This document shows positions 61,285 to 64,000 of a stretch of 64,000 nt of DNA, in pieces. A program made the position numbers and the translations under genes. The DNA is taken from contig CAXXDV010000003.1 of the NCBI GenBank assembly GCA_963674745.2, positions 1,760,001-1,824,000 on the forward strand, given 5' to 3'. The notes under the pieces were generated by a model. It was given only the letters and a program-made list of their open reading frames with translations. It was not told where the DNA came from and made no database searches. Each line of letters begins with the position of its first letter. Positions within the stretch are counted from its first letter, which is position 1. The stretch is from Desulfosudaceae bacterium (lineage in GTDB: Bacteria > Desulfobacterota > Desulfobacteria > Desulfobacterales > Desulfosudaceae).

Positions 61285-61408
61285 ATATAACAACGCCACC
61301 CACACGGACTCGCAGGGGCGGGCTTCTTTTGTCCTGGCATAGTTTGGTGTTGAACTCACTTTAGCGAAGTCTGCAACCCCTCCTCGCCGGTGGTGGCGGA
61401 CGTTGTGC
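61285..61408 (+). repeat. attC site 1 (type A)
   Basis: ATATAAC...GCCACCCAC / GTGGTGGC...GTTGTGC. Confidence 0.88.
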
Positions 61409-61426
61409 CTACAAGAAGAAGGCGTT

Positions 61427-61834
61427 ATGGAAAACACCAAATCAAAGATTTCAAGCTCATCTGAAAACAGTTTAGAGGTTTTGCCACCTTCAAAAAATGG
61501 AAAAGGCATAGTGATACTTGGTGGTATTATCACTTTTTTCGGATGTATGATTTTATTTATCCCGATTGTTCATATCTTGCCTGAAGGATTCAAAAGGCAA
61601 TACACGCCGGTAATCGTTATTGGAGCACTTGTGTTGATGATAGGCATAGGATTGATACGAAGATATTACTGGGCCTGGATTGCAAGTATCTGCATCTTTA
61701 CATTAAGTGTTGCGAGCAGTATCATTAACATTGCGACAAGGCATGATCAAAAGGCCATTTCAAATGCAATAATTGCTTTGCTTATATTAATTGCTTTAGC
61801 CAAATTCAAAAATCAGATAAAACGCAAGCATTAG
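61427..61834 (+). CDS. Cassette 2: 4-TM hypothetical protein
   Basis: MENTK start after GAAGG; hydrophobic helices. Confidence 0.7.
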   Translation: MENTKSKISSSSENSLEVLPPSKNGKGIVILGGIITFFGCMILFIPIVHILPEGFKRQYTPVIVIGALVLMIGIGLIRRYYWAWIASICIFTLSVASSIINIATRHDQKAISNAIIALLILIALAKFKNQIKRKH

Positions 61835-61857
61835 TATTTTAGACATAATTTATTTTG

Positions 61858-61984
61858 GCACAACAAGGCCGCGCAAAGGAGAGCCAGGGCATTCGGTTTT
61901 GAAAAGTCGGGGGAGAACGAACATTAACCATCTTTAAGGCAAGTCAGTGGAAGCCCTGGCTCCCATTGGCGGCCGACGTTATAT
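61858..61984 (+). repeat. attC site 2 (type B)
   Basis: GCACAAC...GGCCGCGCAA / TTGGCGGCC...GTTATAT. Confidence 0.88.
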
Positions 61985-62396
61985 GCAAAATGGAATGAAC
62001 AAAAATACACAAATTTATTACAGCTTTTATAGCCTTTTTCTTGGTATATTTATTTCATCTGGAATTCTATTTTGGACAAATAAATTAAATTGGTTGTTCA
62101 TCGTATTTTTGGGCTTTTTTTGTTTTATCCTTACTTACTTTTTTTTGAACAAACTATCCATTGTGATAATTAGTAGCTTTTTATTAGCGTTTTTCTGGGC
62201 AATTACTGCACCAGGCTGGATCGATTCAAATGATCCCAACAGTTATGAGCGCGTTAATCTATTAGGGTATTTTGCTGGTTTTTGCTTTTTGATTTTTATT
62301 GTGAGTGTTGTCCTGTCACTGACGAAACGTATAGTATCTCGATATAGCATTTCAGAAAATATTGATGAAAAAAACAATAATTCAGGGAGCATATAA
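61983..62396 (+). CDS. Cassette 3: membrane hypothetical protein
   Basis: Stop TAA lies within the ATATAAC inverse core, as is typical of cassettes. Confidence 0.7.
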   Translation: MQNGMNKNTQIYYSFYSLFLGIFISSGILFWTNKLNWLFIVFLGFFCFILTYFFLNKLSIVIISSFLLAFFWAITAPGWIDSNDPNSYERVNLLGYFAGFCFLIFIVSVVLSLTKRIVSRYSISENIDEKNNNSGSI

Positions 62397-62518
62397 CAAG
62401 GCCGCGCAAAGGATCGCCAGGGCACTCGGCTTTTGAACATTCGGGGGAAATCGAAAATAAAACATCTTTAAGGCAAGTCAGTGGAAGCCCTGGCTCCCAT
62501 TGGCGGCCGCCGTTGTGT
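62391..62518 (+). repeat. attC site 3 (type B)
   Basis: ATATAAC...GTTGTGT; close copy of site 2. Confidence 0.88.
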
Positions 62519-62534
62519 GTATAAAGAATATGCG

Positions 62535-63032
62535 ATGGGCAACAAAGCAAAAGTAAAAATCAACAATGAATGTAAACTCAAATACAAACCAGATCATATA
62601 TACGTCATCAATAAGATATTAGAAAAAATCCCTGACAAATATCTTGAAGGCCTTGAAGAAATAAACTTCTATGACGATGAAAAATATCCAATTGTTCGAT
62701 ATGCGAAAGGGAAACCTTTTTCGAGACCATCACGAATTGATGTGTTTATGGGAGGAGTTGCTTCATCACAGAAATATTCTTTGATGCACTTTAATATTGC
62801 GATTAATCCTACAATTGTGCAGCACATTGTTCAATACCTACAGCCAAAATCAAAGGATCAGGAGATCTTATCTTATAAAAGTGGCAGGTATGATCCAAAT
62901 TGGCTATACTTGGGAGCTTGGAGCCCACTATTGATCCCAATTAGTGTGGGACGGTTCATGTACAATAAAGTAGCATTATTTCGATCATTGACAGATGCTA
63001 AAATTAAACACTTACTCAATAAAAAAAATTAA
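62535..63032 (+). CDS. Cassette 4: hypothetical protein
   Basis: MGNKAK... ORF filling the cassette. Confidence 0.7.
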   Translation: MGNKAKVKINNECKLKYKPDHIYVINKILEKIPDKYLEGLEEINFYDDEKYPIVRYAKGKPFSRPSRIDVFMGGVASSQKYSLMHFNIAINPTIVQHIVQYLQPKSKDQEILSYKSGRYDPNWLYLGAWSPLLIPISVGRFMYNKVALFRSLTDAKIKHLLNKKN

Positions 63033-63037
63033 GAATC

Positions 63038-63161
63038 ACACAACAACGCCACTCACACAGACTCGCAGGGGCGCCCTGCCTTAGTTTTTGCATGGTGTGG
63101 CGTTGAACTAACATTTAAGGAGTCCGCAACCCCTGCTCGCCGGTGGTGGCGGACGTTATGC
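63038..63161 (+). repeat. attC site 4 (type A)
   Basis: ACACAAC...GTTATGC; close copy of site 1. Confidence 0.88.
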
Positions 63162-63204
63162 CTATAAAATGTTTTAGAAAATTACACAAAGTGATTGGGG
63201 GAAT

Positions 63205-63516
63205 ATGAAAATACTATTTATAATTTCCACTGACGATGCAGAAACATCATATAATGCTATGCGCTTAGCAAATGTCGCTGTGAACAAGGGTGATGAGGTT
63301 AGCGTTTTCATGCTTGGCAAAGGCGTTCTTTTTGAGAAAACCAGCAACGATCAATTTAATGTCATTGAACAGGTCAACCAATTCGAAGGGGATTTTTATG
63401 TCTGAGGGGTGTGCATGAAATCCCACGGTCTGGAGGGATCAAGCTCATGTCCCATCGCTTGGATGGATGACCTTTATGAATTGTCAATGGAAGCTGAGAA
63501 GGTTTTAACTTTTTAA
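63205..63516 (+). CDS. Cassette 5: DsrE-family protein, probable selenoprotein (UGA 63403-63405, UxxC)
   Basis: Read-through gives ...GDFYV-U-GVCMKSHGLEGSSSCPIAWMDDLYELSMEAEKVLTF, a complete 103-aa DsrE-like protein, with a SECIS-like hairpin after the UGA. Confidence 0.85.
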
Positions 63517-63530
63517 ATAACAGAATAATG

Positions 63531-63658
63531 GCATAACCATCAAGCTCAAGTGGACAGCAAGGGCACTCGGGTTTTGAAAAATCTGGTGAAATTGAACAAC
63601 CATAATCTTTAACCAAGTTGGTGGAAGCCCTTGCTGCCATTGGCTTGAGACGTTGTGT
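63531..63658 (+). repeat. attC site 5 (diverged type B)
   Basis: GCATAAC...TCAAGCTCAA / TTGGCTTGA...GTTGTGT. Confidence 0.85.
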
Positions 63659-63677
63659 GCTTGGGATTTGAGCCTAT

Positions 63678-64000
63678 ATGCAAATCATTTATGACAAAGT
63701 GTCCACCGATTATATATATCCATTGGGCGCTCGATCGGACATAGATGAATTAAAGGGCAAAATTGACGATCACCTTTTAAATAAAATTTCAAAAATTCGA
63801 TTTGGCTGTAATTTAAAAACAACCCAGGAAGCCCGTCTTGTTCAACGAGGCGAAAAATTTGAAATTAGGATTAATTTTTGCCTCAAAGAATACAGATCCC
63901 CGATAATCACAGACAAAAAGGATTGGCTGCAGACCATTGAAAAGTTTGGCGGAAAACCTGATCCCAAAAGAAATACTGTACAGTGGAGCTTAGAAAGTGC
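63678..64000 (+). CDS. Cassette 6: hypothetical protein, truncated by the window end
   Basis: Manual translation MQIIYDKVSTDYIYPLG..., open to 64000. Confidence 0.6.
   Translation, partial: MQIIYDKVSTDYIYPLGARSDIDELKGKIDDHLLNKISKIRFGCNLKTTQEARLVQRGEKFEIRINFCLKEYRSPIITDKKDWLQTIEKFGGKPDPKRNTVQWSLES

Larger units (their letters stand above)
60998..64000 (+). mobile_element. Integron gene-cassette array, at least six cassettes, continues beyond the window
   Basis: Five 124-128 bp attC palindromes separating single, AT-rich, co-oriented ORFs. Confidence 0.9.

Noticed and set aside
61947..62534. Shared N-terminus MEALAPIGGRR in two cassette ORFs
   Set aside because: It is translated attC sequence; the real starts are downstream (61983, 62535)
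63205..63405. Truncated DsrE pseudogene
   Set aside because: The frame continues cleanly to a DsrE-like C-terminus with UxxC and a SECIS-like hairpin, so Sec read-through is more parsimonious
61285..63658. CRISPR or simple REP interpretation of the terminal repeats
   Set aside because: Units are 124-128 bp, separated by whole ORFs, and have cassette-matched AAC/GTT cores, which fits attC

Overview
Chromosomal window whose gene content and repeat families point to a sulfate-reducing Desulfobacterota (Desulfobacterales-like) bacterium; this taxonomy is inferred. 1-25 kb holds housekeeping and transport genes: SDR, B12 radical SAM, uppP, DHH phosphoesterase, an RsmG-TrmH fusion, proVWX plus porin, RluA, a TMTC-like TPR protein, GGDEF, YeiH, USP, MCP and DctP. 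25-35 kb holds a BaeSR-like pair divergent from a spy-CotH-VTC-DUF4956-OprP-DUF1566 operon, with four phased 11-bp boxes between them. 35.4-57.5 kb is a selenium/sulfur-handling island: yedE, yedF, DUF3343, an ExtI-like porin, three glycosyltransferases, two exported rhodaneses, a radical SAM, an HdrD-like protein, HesB and a GTPase-degenerate SelB paralog. Four minus-strand promoters in this island share the same two-box LysR-like architecture. One precedes an unannotated 40-codon leader ORF with an in-frame UGA, a UxxC motif and a SECIS-like hairpin, a candidate selenium-sensing leader. After a vapBC pair and xth, an AT-rich integron cassette array starts near 61.0 kb and runs off the window. 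It has an attI-like site and five attC sites but no visible integrase, and one cassette encodes a probable DsrE-family selenoprotein. GTAG-type REP/BIME repeats and MITE-like elements are scattered throughout. All family calls come from reading motifs by eye, not from database searches.
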